Shown here: positions 45,107-54,156 of the stretch, piece by piece
How positions within the stretch are numbered: the stretch's first letter is position 1
How the letters are laid out: each line of letters starts with the position of its first letter
Assembly: GCA_017857175.1 (NCBI GenBank)
Contig: JAFMDS010000005.1
Span: 1,865 to 65,864 of the forward strand
Origin: Candidatus Nanopelagicales bacterium
GTDB taxonomy: Bacteria; Actinomycetota; Actinomycetes; S36-B12
DNA: 64,000 nucleotides
Direction: 5' to 3'
Made by a program: the position numbers and the translations under genes
The notes under the pieces: generated by a model
Database searches by the model: none
The model's input: only the letters and a program-made list of their open reading frames with translations
What the model was told of the DNA's origin: nothing

Positions 45107-45778
45107 GTGACACCACCCGAGTCAGCCGCCCAGCACGCGGGAAACTCCCACCCGCTGGCAGCACTCATTGGTGGGCCCCGGGGAGCGCTCGAGTCCATGC
45201 TGCCACCCGTTGCCTTTGTTGTTGTCTATCTCGCAACTAACAGCAATCTGTCAGCCGCGGTCATTACAGCCTTAGTAATCGGGTTTGGACTCGCCGGACT
45301 GCGGCTTCGGCGTGGTGAGAAACCCGTTCGCGTGACGGGAGCATTGCTCGTTGTCGTTTTAGCCGCGCTCGTTGCCTACTACACCGGCAGCGCCGCTGCC
45401 TACTTTTGGCCGCTCGTCCTTGCCAACATCGCATCAGCCCTGGCATTTGCTTTCTCGATCTTGATTCGCTGGCCACTCCTTGGCGTGATTGTTGGACCAA
45501 TCACAGGGACGGGGATGCGCTGGCGCAAAGATCCAGATCTATTGCGTGCCTATTCACGCGCTTCATGGCTCTGGGTACTGCTCAACGTGGTTCGCGCAGC
45601 CGTTCAAGTCCCCCTCATCCAAGGTGAGGACCTTTGGGCACTGGCTGCAGTCCGCCCGGTTTTTTATCTCATGGTGATCGGCGTTGTCTTGTGGTCCTGG
45701 CGCGTGATCAAGAAAGCTCTGCCAGCAGACCATCCCGGAATCCGTTCACCACGCATTCCAGGCGAGGTCCAGAACTAA
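45107..45778 (+). CDS. DUF3159 family membrane protein
   Basis: 223 aa with about 6 TM segments. The sequence pattern (..RWPLLGVIVGPITG..RWRKDPDLLRAY..) matches my recollection of actinobacterial DUF3159. Confidence 0.6.
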   Translation: MTPPESAAQHAGNSHPLAALIGGPRGALESMLPPVAFVVVYLATNSNLSAAVITALVIGFGLAGLRLRRGEKPVRVTGALLVVVLAALVAYYTGSAAAYFWPLVLANIASALAFAFSILIRWPLLGVIVGPITGTGMRWRKDPDLLRAYSRASWLWVLLNVVRAAVQVPLIQGEDLWALAAVRPVFYLMVIGVVLWSWRVIKKALPADHPGIRSPRIPGEVQN

Positions 45779-45780
45779 TC

Positions 45781-46581
45781 TCACTTCTGGCACTGGGGGC
45801 ACCAAAAAAGATTTCTCCCTAGCATTGAGGTCATCAGAATTTCACTTCCGCAGACGTGACATGGCTGGCCATCCCTGCGGTACACATAAACCTCTCCCCC
45901 GTGACGATCTTCACGAGCTTTACGCTTCATGGCGCGTGGTTCATGTTCGGGATACACAGTGTCAATGCGACCGGTCCGGACACCTGCTTTCATGAGCACA
46001 CACAGGTCTTCCCACACGGCATTAAAAGTTTCATTGGTGAGTGATCTTCCCTGGTCATTCGGGTTGATGTTGTGACGAAACAAGACTTCAGCGCGGTAAA
46101 TATTGCCCACTCCTGCGAATAACTTCTGATCCATGAGCAGCGCACCGATCGGCGCTGAGCTGGAAAGAACTTTGTCACGAGTGGTGCTGGGGTCATCACG
46201 CCTAATGGGGTCGGGCCCAATCCGCTTTCGCACTTCTTTCGATTCCGCGCTCGTGAGCAGCGAACAAGCATTCGGACCTCTCAACTCGGCACAAGCCCCC
46301 GGCGTGATAAGTCGAAGCCTGATGAGCCCTTTAGGCTCGGGAGGCGATTCGAGAAACGTCCATTTGCCGTACAGCCCTAGATGCACATGAATCTCACTGG
46401 AGTCCGTGAACTTAATAAAAAGGTGCTTGCCGCGGGCCTCAGCCTTGGTTAACACGGAGCCTGTTATTTGCTTAGCGGAATCACTGAATCGACCCTGTGG
46501 GCTATCAACGGCAACCTGTTGCCGGCTAAAGAGTCTCGTAATCTCTTTGGCCTGTCGGTGAACAACGTGCCCTTCAGGCAC
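45781..46581 (-). CDS. nei: Fpg/Nei-family DNA glycosylase (endonuclease VIII-like)
   Basis: N-terminal (M)PEGHVV catalytic Pro2/Glu3, an H2TH region, and a C-terminal zinc finger (CHVCGS-x16-CPQC). GTG start overlaps the upstream stop by 1 nt. Confidence 0.85.
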   Translation of the reverse strand: MPEGHVVHRQAKEITRLFSRQQVAVDSPQGRFSDSAKQITGSVLTKAEARGKHLFIKFTDSSEIHVHLGLYGKWTFLESPPEPKGLIRLRLITPGACAELRGPNACSLLTSAESKEVRKRIGPDPIRRDDPSTTRDKVLSSSAPIGALLMDQKLFAGVGNIYRAEVLFRHNINPNDQGRSLTNETFNAVWEDLCVLMKAGVRTGRIDTVYPEHEPRAMKRKAREDRHGGEVYVYRRDGQPCHVCGSEILMTSMLGRNLFWCPQCQK

Positions 46582-47648
46582 TAACCGGCCATTGCCTTTT
46601 CAATGTCAGCGACAAACAGATCAATGTCATTGGGCTTGGTATCCCATGAGCACATCCAGCGCACAAGATCCGGTGCATCCCACGTGTAGAAACGCCACTT
46701 GGTTTGGAGTCGCTCAACAACATCAGCCGGCATCCGAGCAAAAACCGCATTGGCATCCACGGTAGAGGCGAGTGTGATGCCTCTGATGCCTTCTACTTTC
46801 TCCGCCAAATACTGCGCCATCTCATTGGCGTGCCGTGCACTGCGAAGCCATAGGTCATCGCTGAGCATGGCAATCATTTGCGCTGATGCAAAACGCATCT
46901 TGCTGTTGAGCTGCATGAAAGATTTTCTAAAGTACTCGACACCCTGCACAACATCCGGGTTCAGCACGACAATGACTTCACCCATCAGCATCCCATTCTT
47001 TGTCCCACCGAAGGAAAGAATGTCAATACCTGCGTTGATGGTCATGTCAGCAACGGAGCAATTCAGCGACACCACTGCGTTTGCCAAACGAGCGCCATCC
47101 ATGTGAACGCGAAGCCCCAACTCATGTGCGCAATCACTGAGGGCTGTGACTTCCTCGATCGAATAGACAGACCCCAACTCAGTTGATTGCGCGATGGTGA
47201 TTGCCCCGGGTTGCGCGTAATGCACGAAACCGAAGTCATGCGCTGCCGAACGTATTGCGTCGGGGGTGAGCTTTCCATTGACCTCAGGCACTGTCCAAAG
47301 TTTGATTCCTGCGACCTTTTCCGGTGCGCCACCTTCATCCATGTTGACATGGGCCGTCTTTGTGCAAATCACGGCTTCCCACTGTCGAGTGATTGAAGAA
47401 AGCGCAACAACATTGGCGCCCGTCCCGTTAAACACGGGGTAAACACCCACCTCTTGTCCAAAGAGTCCAACCATGCGCTCATGGAGTTCCGCGGTGATCA
47501 GGTCGTCACCATAGGCAACTTGATGACCTGAGTTCACTCGAACCAATGCTTTGAGAACTTCGGGGTGCACACCTGCATAGTTGTCACTGGCAAACCCTCG
47601 CCAGGCCTGTGTCGTGATGGATTCTGATGTGCCTTCTGAGTTACTCAT
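46581..47648 (-). CDS. Threonine aldolase / beta-eliminating lyase family PLP enzyme
   Basis: RGFASDNYAGVHPEVL... and FGGTKNG (PLP-Lys context). The start is set at ATG 47648, forming an ATGA overlap with the upstream stop. Confidence 0.8.
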   Translation of the reverse strand: MSNSEGTSESITTQAWRGFASDNYAGVHPEVLKALVRVNSGHQVAYGDDLITAELHERMVGLFGQEVGVYPVFNGTGANVVALSSITRQWEAVICTKTAHVNMDEGGAPEKVAGIKLWTVPEVNGKLTPDAIRSAAHDFGFVHYAQPGAITIAQSTELGSVYSIEEVTALSDCAHELGLRVHMDGARLANAVVSLNCSVADMTINAGIDILSFGGTKNGMLMGEVIVVLNPDVVQGVEYFRKSFMQLNSKMRFASAQMIAMLSDDLWLRSARHANEMAQYLAEKVEGIRGITLASTVDANAVFARMPADVVERLQTKWRFYTWDAPDLVRWMCSWDTKPNDIDLFVADIEKAMAG

Positions 47649-48055
47649 GTGCTGCAGTATTCCCGAGTCGGAATTCGCCAGCGATTCCGAGCCACCCAAC
47701 GGTATGTAGCCTCCGCCGCGGGCAAAACGACAGGCGCGGCAATCAGAGTCCCCAGGATACGCATCTTGCTTACCTTCAGGATTTGAGAAACAGCGAGAGC
47801 TCCCCCGTAAACGTGTTGGTCCGAATCAACGAAAACCACTTCACGAGCACACCGTTCTGCCGTCACCCCTGCAGGTTGAACTGCAAAATCGATTGACTGG
47901 GAGGTGACGAACTCGCAGCGAGCACCAACTTTCATCGCAAGTCGCACAGACTTGCGGCAGATACCACATTGGCCGTCGAATATGCAGGTTCCATGAAAAC
48001 CTGACGTGGATTTAATCAAAGGATGGACCTTCGGTGCGCGTGCGCTTAAGTTCAT
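47645..48055 (-). CDS. Thiol-disulfide oxidoreductase DCC family (DUF393)
   Basis: IFDGQCGICRKSVRL (DxxCxxC motif) and a C-terminal YRWVARNRWRIP. The start is uncertain: ATG 48055 or TTG 48019. Either overlaps the upstream gene's end. Confidence 0.75.
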   Translation of the reverse strand: MNLSARAPKVHPLIKSTSGFHGTCIFDGQCGICRKSVRLAMKVGARCEFVTSQSIDFAVQPAGVTAERCAREVVFVDSDQHVYGGALAVSQILKVSKMRILGTLIAAPVVLPAAEATYRWVARNRWRIPTREYCST

Positions 48056-48629
48056 AGAACCCTGGAACTGAGGCCACCAGCACAGCTCCATCCCACAAAG
48101 TGCCAGCCTGCTCACCCACAGGAATCGGAGTAATCACCGGGCCAAAGAATGAAATCGGGTTGCCATCAGGACCGGGAAGTGAAATCACCGGTGTACCCAC
48201 ATCACTGCCCACCAGGTTGATTCCCCGTGCATGGCTCTCGCGCAGTTGACCATCGAATTCTGTTGAACCTGCAGCGGACTCAAGTTCGGATGGCAAACCC
48301 GCCTCAGCTAGCGACTCGGAAATTATCTGGTCGAAGTCTTTGCGCCCTTGCCTGTGAATGCGAGTTCCCAACGCCGTATAAAGGGCATCAAGCACACTCG
48401 TACCAAACTGTTCCTGTGCGGCAATGCACACCCGCACGGGACCCCACGCCGTCTTCATGAGTGCTACATATTCTTCAGGGAGATCTTTCCCCTCATTAAG
48501 AACCGCCAGGGCCATGACGCTCCATGTGACCTTGACGTCGCGAACTATTTCAACTTCTTTCATCCACCGGGAAGTAATCCATGCCCATGGGCAAAGCGGA
48601 TCGAACCAGAATTCAACGTCGGTGGCCAT
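48012..48629 (-). CDS. DsbA-fold protein of the Rv2466c (mycothiol-dependent reductase) family, CPWA variant
   Basis: Near full-length similarity to the Rv2466c sequence as I recall it (FWFDPLCPW.WITSRW...WGPVRV.IAA...FFGPV...YELKRTRTE.P.FD). The active-site motif reads CPWA rather than CPWC. Confidence 0.8.
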   Translation of the reverse strand: MATDVEFWFDPLCPWAWITSRWMKEVEIVRDVKVTWSVMALAVLNEGKDLPEEYVALMKTAWGPVRVCIAAQEQFGTSVLDALYTALGTRIHRQGRKDFDQIISESLAEAGLPSELESAAGSTEFDGQLRESHARGINLVGSDVGTPVISLPGPDGNPISFFGPVITPIPVGEQAGTLWDGAVLVASVPGFYELKRTRTEGPSFD

Positions 48630-48690
48630 GCGGGCATTCTTTCACCCCACGCCCCGAGTTCCAACGTGCGTGCCATGCAAAGATTTGGTC

Positions 48691-51267
48691 ATGAATGACA
48701 CCCAGGCACTTGATTCCCGCTCCGAGAACATCACACGCGCTGAAGCAGCACTGCGATCGCAATTGATTTCGGTGACTTCCTACGACGTTGTTCTCGATGT
48801 CACTTCAACCGGCCCGACCTTCCCCACCGAGACAACAGTGGTGTTTGCCTGCAACGAGCCCGGTGCCTCAACTTGGATAGATCTCATTGCCCCTGAGGTG
48901 AATTCAGTGGTCCTCAACGGGACACCCCTCGACGTCAGTTCGGTGGTTAAGGGTGCACGGATTGAATTGCCCAACCTTGAGGCAATGAACACGGCGGTCA
49001 TCAGCGCCCAAGGAAAGTTCATGAACACAGGCGAAGGGCTGCACCGATTTGTCGACCCCGTGGATAACGAGACCTATCTATACACCCAATTTGAATCTGC
49101 TGATGCACGCCGCATGTATGCCTGCTTTGAACAACCAGACTTAAAGGCCACGTTCACATTGACAGTGACAGCTCCGGAGCACTGGAAAGTGATCAGTAAC
49201 TCCCCCATGGCCCAGGTTGTTGATGGTGGGAACACACAGACATGGTCATTTGAACCAACCCCAACAATTTCGACCTACATCACAGCATTGGTCGCAGGAC
49301 CCTACTTTGAAGTTCGTGATGAATACTCGGGCCCTTACGGCACCTACCCGCTGGGGATTTTCTGCCGACAGTCACTTTCTCAGTATTTGGATTCAGATGA
49401 AATTTTCCAAGTCACAAAACAAGGTTTCGCATTCTTCGAAGACCAATTCAAGGTGGGCTACCCATTTGCCAAGTATGACCAGCTTTTTGTCCCTGAATTC
49501 AATGCGGGCGCAATGGAAAATGCTGGGTGTGTCACTTTCCTCGAAGACCTGATCTTTCGCAGTCGCGTGACGATCGCCGCATATGAACAACGCGCCAACA
49601 CGATTCTTCATGAACTTGCCCACATGTGGTTTGGCAACTTGGTCACCATGAGTTGGTGGGATGATCTCTGGCTCAACGAGTCATTCGCGGAGTGGGCCGC
49701 CCACCATGCCAATGTGCACGCTACTCGTTACAACGACGCGTGGACAACGTTTGCAAACTTGCGCAAAGCGTGGGCATACCGTCAAGACCAACTGCCATCA
49801 ACACACCCAATTGCGGCTGACATGTATGACCTCGATGCCGTTCGAGTCAATTTCGATGGAATCACCTATGCCAAGGGTGCTTCAGCATTGCGCCAACTCG
49901 TAGCGTGGGTGGGTGAGCCCGAATTCATGGCTGGCATTGGCGTGTACTTCAACAAGCATGCCTGGGGCAATACCCAACTCAGTGATCTATTGACCGAACT
50001 TGAAGCTACCAGCGGTCGCGATCTTTCAGATTGGACCCGCCAATGGTTGCAAACAAGTGGTGTGAACTTGCTGCGCCCACTGGTTGAAGTCGATAGCCAT
50101 GGCAATTACACCAGGGTCGCAATTGAGCAAGAACCACCGAGCGCCCCTGAAGGCGTTGAGCAGACTCTGCGGTCCCACCGCGTTGGCTTGGGCCTTTATG
50201 ACCTGCAGGATGGAGCGCTCATTCGTCGCGACTTTATTTCCATCGATGTCACCGGTGCAATCACCGAAGTCGAAGAACTCTCGGGAGCCCAACAGCCAGA
50301 TCTGTTATTGGTCAACGATGGTGACCTCACATTCGCCAAAGTTCGACTCGATACAAAGTCATGGACAACAGCTACCAAGCACCTCGGCGGAATCTCAGAC
50401 TCCCTTGCACGCGCCGTCATTTGGAGCGCAGCCTGGGACATGACGCGCGACGCCGAGGTCAGCACCGGAGAATTCCTCGCTCTCGTGCTTTCAGGAATTG
50501 AAAGTGAATCTGATGTCGGCGTTGTTTCCGGTGTCTTACGCCAATTGAGTCTTGCCATCGATCAATTTGCTGATCCCAAGCACCGCGAGGAATACCGCCT
50601 TCGTCTCGCTGAGGCGTGCGAGCGATTTGCGGCTGCCGCTGAAGCCGGCAGCGATCACCAACTTGCATTCACCAAGGTATTCATTGGTAATGCAACAACC
50701 AATGCCCAGCTCGAAACTGTTGCAGCCTTGCTCGATGGAACTACCACGTGGCCGGGAATCGTTGTTGACACCGATTTGCGGTGGAGCATGTTGCAAGCTC
50801 TGGTCGCAGCAGGTGACCGCGGCGAGGTCGAAATCGATGCCGAACTTGAAAGCGACAACACCGCAACTGGGAAGCGTCAAGCGACCATGGCTTTGGCCTC
50901 GCGCCCAACACGAAGCGCCAAAGATGCAGCCTGGGATGCAGTGTTCAACAACATCGAACTGCCCAACACGATCATTGAAGCGACCATCGGTGGATTCCAA
51001 GATCCAGATCAGCCTGAACTCATGGGCGCATTTGTAGATCGCTACTTTGAGCAACTCCCTGAGCTCTGGAACAAGCAGACCATGGAAATGGCTCAAGTGA
51101 TTACATCGGGAATGTATCCGGTATTTGTTCCATCAACGGATTTAATCGAGAAAACCAATGCATTCCTCAAGTCCACAACCATGCCAACAATGATTCGCCT
51201 CGTTACCGAGTCCCGCGATGGCGTTGAGCGGGCGTTGCGAGCGCAGGCGAAAGACGCGAGCGAATAA
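48691..51267 (+). CDS. pepN: Aminopeptidase N (M1 family)
   Basis: GAMEN exopeptidase motif (NAGAMENAG), and HELAHMWFGN with WLNESFAEW (HExxH-x18-E). Start moved to ATG 48691. The track start at 48424 runs antisense through the neighbouring gene. Confidence 0.93.
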   Translation: MNDTQALDSRSENITRAEAALRSQLISVTSYDVVLDVTSTGPTFPTETTVVFACNEPGASTWIDLIAPEVNSVVLNGTPLDVSSVVKGARIELPNLEAMNTAVISAQGKFMNTGEGLHRFVDPVDNETYLYTQFESADARRMYACFEQPDLKATFTLTVTAPEHWKVISNSPMAQVVDGGNTQTWSFEPTPTISTYITALVAGPYFEVRDEYSGPYGTYPLGIFCRQSLSQYLDSDEIFQVTKQGFAFFEDQFKVGYPFAKYDQLFVPEFNAGAMENAGCVTFLEDLIFRSRVTIAAYEQRANTILHELAHMWFGNLVTMSWWDDLWLNESFAEWAAHHANVHATRYNDAWTTFANLRKAWAYRQDQLPSTHPIAADMYDLDAVRVNFDGITYAKGASALRQLVAWVGEPEFMAGIGVYFNKHAWGNTQLSDLLTELEATSGRDLSDWTRQWLQTSGVNLLRPLVEVDSHGNYTRVAIEQEPPSAPEGVEQTLRSHRVGLGLYDLQDGALIRRDFISIDVTGAITEVEELSGAQQPDLLLVNDGDLTFAKVRLDTKSWTTATKHLGGISDSLARAVIWSAAWDMTRDAEVSTGEFLALVLSGIESESDVGVVSGVLRQLSLAIDQFADPKHREEYRLRLAEACERFAAAAEAGSDHQLAFTKVFIGNATTNAQLETVAALLDGTTTWPGIVVDTDLRWSMLQALVAAGDRGEVEIDAELESDNTATGKRQATMALASRPTRSAKDAAWDAVFNNIELPNTIIEATIGGFQDPDQPELMGAFVDRYFEQLPELWNKQTMEMAQVITSGMYPVFVPSTDLIEKTNAFLKSTTMPTMIRLVTESRDGVERALRAQAKDASE

Positions 51268-51339
51268 ACACGAGCGCAGGCGAAAGACGCGAGCGAATAA
51301 ACACGAGCGCAGGCGAAAGACGCGAGCGAATAAACCCGA
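51241..51339. repeat. 33-bp tandem repeat x3 that triplicates the pepN 3' end including its TAA stop
   Basis: Unit GCGCAGGCGAAAGACGCGAGCGAATAAACACGA lies at 51241-51273, 51274-51306 and 51307-51339. The third copy has one mismatch at 51336. Confidence 0.95.
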
Positions 51340-51356
51340 AGAATTTGCTCGGGGAG

Positions 51357-51734
51357 TTAGGCCGGTTCGTCGAGGTGATAAACCTTGGGCTTGCGGGCAT
51401 GCTCGGCAAGAACCGCGAGGGCTTCGCGGACTCCGCCGACGATGTCATCCGCGGTCATGCATGACTGGAACGCAAGGATGGCAAACTCACAGGAACGATC
51501 ATCGAGCACCACGTGCGCTTCCGATCCTGTGATGATGTCCAAGGTTCGGGCTTGCGGGTCCAGTGCAAGGAGTACTGACGACTCCGGGGTTGGAAGTTCA
51601 GCGAGGCGTGCAAGCGCGGAATCGCGGCCGTTGGCCAATTCACCGATGTAAACACCGAAGGACAGACCCGAGATTTCTCGAGCAAGTGCTACGGCGCGCT
51701 TGATTTCACTTCGGGAGGCGTTACCAATTTGCAT
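51357..51734 (-). CDS. Conserved actinobacterial protein (DUF5130/TPM-like, tentative)
   Basis: 125 aa from ATG 51734, with a GGAGGTG RBS just upstream. Its position next to pepN matches remembered actinobacterial synteny. The family call is tentative. Confidence 0.5.
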   Translation of the reverse strand: MQIGNASRSEIKRAVALAREISGLSFGVYIGELANGRDSALARLAELPTPESSVLLALDPQARTLDIITGSEAHVVLDDRSCEFAILAFQSCMTADDIVGGVREALAVLAEHARKPKVYHLDEPA

Positions 51735-51978
51735 GTGCACCTCCACGGGTCAACACAGCTGCTTGCGCCGATATCTCAGCAGGGACAATCGAGGGATTTG
51801 GGGCTGCTGAATCGCTGACAATGAATACAGCATCCGCGCTGGTGGCGCCATCGAGATCAGTGGTCGCGTTCCCTCTGCTATTCCGAGTCCATGATGGGGC
51901 GGCTGCGATCACATAAATGATTGCTGCGAGGAGTAGAGGGATTCCAAGAAAAATAAGGATTGCCTGGCCTGAAGTCAC
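51721..51978 (-). CDS. Small membrane protein, hypothetical
   Basis: 85 aa with one N-terminal TM (AILIFLGIPLLLAAIIYVIAAA). GTG start. Overlaps the downstream gene by 14 nt. Confidence 0.45.
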   Translation of the reverse strand: MTSGQAILIFLGIPLLLAAIIYVIAAAPSWTRNSRGNATTDLDGATSADAVFIVSDSAAPNPSIVPAEISAQAAVLTRGGAHANW

Positions 51979-52026
51979 AGTCCAAGCCTAATGCGGGCAA
52001 ATCTTGGCAGCGCGTACGGTGGTCAC

Positions 52027-54147
52027 ATGGAAACTGTTCGCCCCGAGTACCCCAGCCTCCCCGATTCCGGAATCATCGATGACTTTCACGGTACACCGGT
52101 TCCGGATCCCTTTCGATACCTTGAGGACCCCACAGACCCTCGAACAGTGGAATGGCTGGCGTCTCAGAACGACCTGATGGCGACTGAGCGAGCCACCTGG
52201 ACCACTCGCGAACAATTTGGCAAACGTGTGGGCGAACTCTTGGGATCAGGCGCGATTTCCCCGCCGTATATTCGCGGAGAGCGCACCTTTTACACAAAAC
52301 GGAATCCTGGCCAACAATTCGCAGTTCTTTACGTCCGCGAGAGCTCAGACGACCACAGCAACCCAACCACCGAACGGGTGCTCATTGACCCGATTGCATT
52401 AGACCCTGCAGGACACACGACTCTCGATAGTTGGCAGCCTTCCAAAGAAGGCGATCTGATCGCCTACCAACTGAGCGAGGGCGGCGACGAAGAATCATCC
52501 ATTTATGTCATGAAAGTGGACACCGGCGAAATCGTCGAAGGACCCATTGACCGTTGTCGCTATTCACCCATTGCATGGTTACTGGGAGGTTCCGCCTACT
52601 ACTACGTACGGCGAATTGCCCCAGAGTTGCTGCCAGAAAGCGAACGGCACTTCCACCGAAGGGTGTACCTGCATCGTGTGGGCGCCGACCCCGACACTGA
52701 TGAACTTGTATTCGGCGCCGGCATGACCATGACCAACTATTACGGCGTATCAGTTTCACGCGATGGGCGCTGGCTTGAGATCTCTGCATCCGAAGGGACA
52801 GAACCGCGCAACGACCTGTGGGTCGCGGACCTCACCAAATCTGATCCATCTAGTCCACAACTAGAACTGGTCCAAGGCGATGTCGATGCTCAAACATCAA
52901 TCAGTTTTGGTCGCGATGGGCGGGCGTACATTGTCACCGATCGCGATGCTCCCCGCGGAACAATCTTGGTCACCGAATTGGGACACTGGAATCCAAATTC
53001 ATGGAAAACGCTGATCCCTGAAGACGATGATTCAGTACTTGAGTCCGTCACATTGCTGGACTCTCCTGAGTTGAATGAGGACCAGCTTCTCGTTGTTCGC
53101 ACCCGCCATGGCGTCGCAGAAATGTCGGTGCTGAAAGCGAGTAACGGTGAATTCATGTATCAGGTCGAACTCCCCGGCGCGGGAACCATCGGTGGACCTG
53201 TTGAACACATCGATGGTGGACCAATCACCTGGATTGTTTACACCGATCACACCACTGTCCCTCAGGTGTATGAGTTTGACGCACGAACGCGCTCACTGAC
53301 ACTGTTCGCGACACCTCCAGGCACCGTTGAAACCCCCAAGGTTTACTCACGTCAAGTCGAGTACTCATCCAAGGATGGCACGGTAGTTCGCATGTTCGTG
53401 ATTTCACCAACTGAATCACCAACGAATCCACGACCAACAATCCTTTATGGCTACGGCGGCTTTGGCATTCCACTGCAACCCGGGTTTAGTGCCGCGATCC
53501 TTGCCTGGGTTGAAGCAGGGGGCGTGTGGGCGATTGCGAACCTTCGCGGCGGTGGCGAGGAGGGTGAAGACTGGCATCGCGCAGGAATGTTGGCCAATAA
53601 GCAAAATGTGTTTGATGACTTCCACGCCGCTGCCGAATTCCTTGTTGCCCAAGGCTGGACCAGCAGCCAGCAACTGGGAATTTACGGTGGCTCAAATGGC
53701 GGACTCCTTGTTGGAGCGGCAATGACACAGCGACCTGAGCTCTATAACGCCGTCGTGTGCGTTGCTCCACTATTGGACATGATTCGCTATGTTGAAAGTG
53801 AACTTGGACCCACTTGGACTGTTGAGTATGGAGATCCGGCCGACGCAGAGCAATTCGGCTGGTTGCATGCCTACTCCCCTTACCATCGGGTCAAGCCCGA
53901 TACGGACTACCCAGCAACCATGTTTGCAATTTTTGATAATGACACTAGAACCGATCCAATGCATGGGCGCAAAATGGCCGCAATGGTTCAGCGTGAGACA
54001 AACGGCACCCGACCGATTTTGGTGCGCACGGAACAAAATGTTGGTCATGGAGCGCGTGCGCTCAATAAGTCAGTTGAGGAAAGTGCCGACACCTTGGCGT
54101 TTATGGCTCAGTGGACCGGTCTGACACAATCAGAAACGCAACTTTAG
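52027..54147 (+). CDS. Prolyl oligopeptidase (S9A family)
   Basis: N-terminal DPFRYLEDP motif, a beta-propeller-sized middle region, catalytic GGSNGGLL Ser, and a C-terminal GHG His. Start ATG 52027 is preferred over 51991. Confidence 0.88.
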   Translation: METVRPEYPSLPDSGIIDDFHGTPVPDPFRYLEDPTDPRTVEWLASQNDLMATERATWTTREQFGKRVGELLGSGAISPPYIRGERTFYTKRNPGQQFAVLYVRESSDDHSNPTTERVLIDPIALDPAGHTTLDSWQPSKEGDLIAYQLSEGGDEESSIYVMKVDTGEIVEGPIDRCRYSPIAWLLGGSAYYYVRRIAPELLPESERHFHRRVYLHRVGADPDTDELVFGAGMTMTNYYGVSVSRDGRWLEISASEGTEPRNDLWVADLTKSDPSSPQLELVQGDVDAQTSISFGRDGRAYIVTDRDAPRGTILVTELGHWNPNSWKTLIPEDDDSVLESVTLLDSPELNEDQLLVVRTRHGVAEMSVLKASNGEFMYQVELPGAGTIGGPVEHIDGGPITWIVYTDHTTVPQVYEFDARTRSLTLFATPPGTVETPKVYSRQVEYSSKDGTVVRMFVISPTESPTNPRPTILYGYGGFGIPLQPGFSAAILAWVEAGGVWAIANLRGGGEEGEDWHRAGMLANKQNVFDDFHAAAEFLVAQGWTSSQQLGIYGGSNGGLLVGAAMTQRPELYNAVVCVAPLLDMIRYVESELGPTWTVEYGDPADAEQFGWLHAYSPYHRVKPDTDYPATMFAIFDNDTRTDPMHGRKMAAMVQRETNGTRPILVRTEQNVGHGARALNKSVEESADTLAFMAQWTGLTQSETQL

Positions 54148-54156
54148 GAGTTCTTG

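Noticed and set aside
48424-48690. An 89-codon 5' extension of pepN in the ORF track.
   Set aside because: It runs antisense through the well-supported Rv2466c-like gene. M1 aminopeptidase similarity starts only after ATG 48691.
51241-51339. The 33-bp repeats as a possible mini-CRISPR array.
   Set aside because: The copies are directly adjacent with no spacers, there are no cas genes, and the unit is simply the in-frame 3' end of pepN. It is a tandem duplication.
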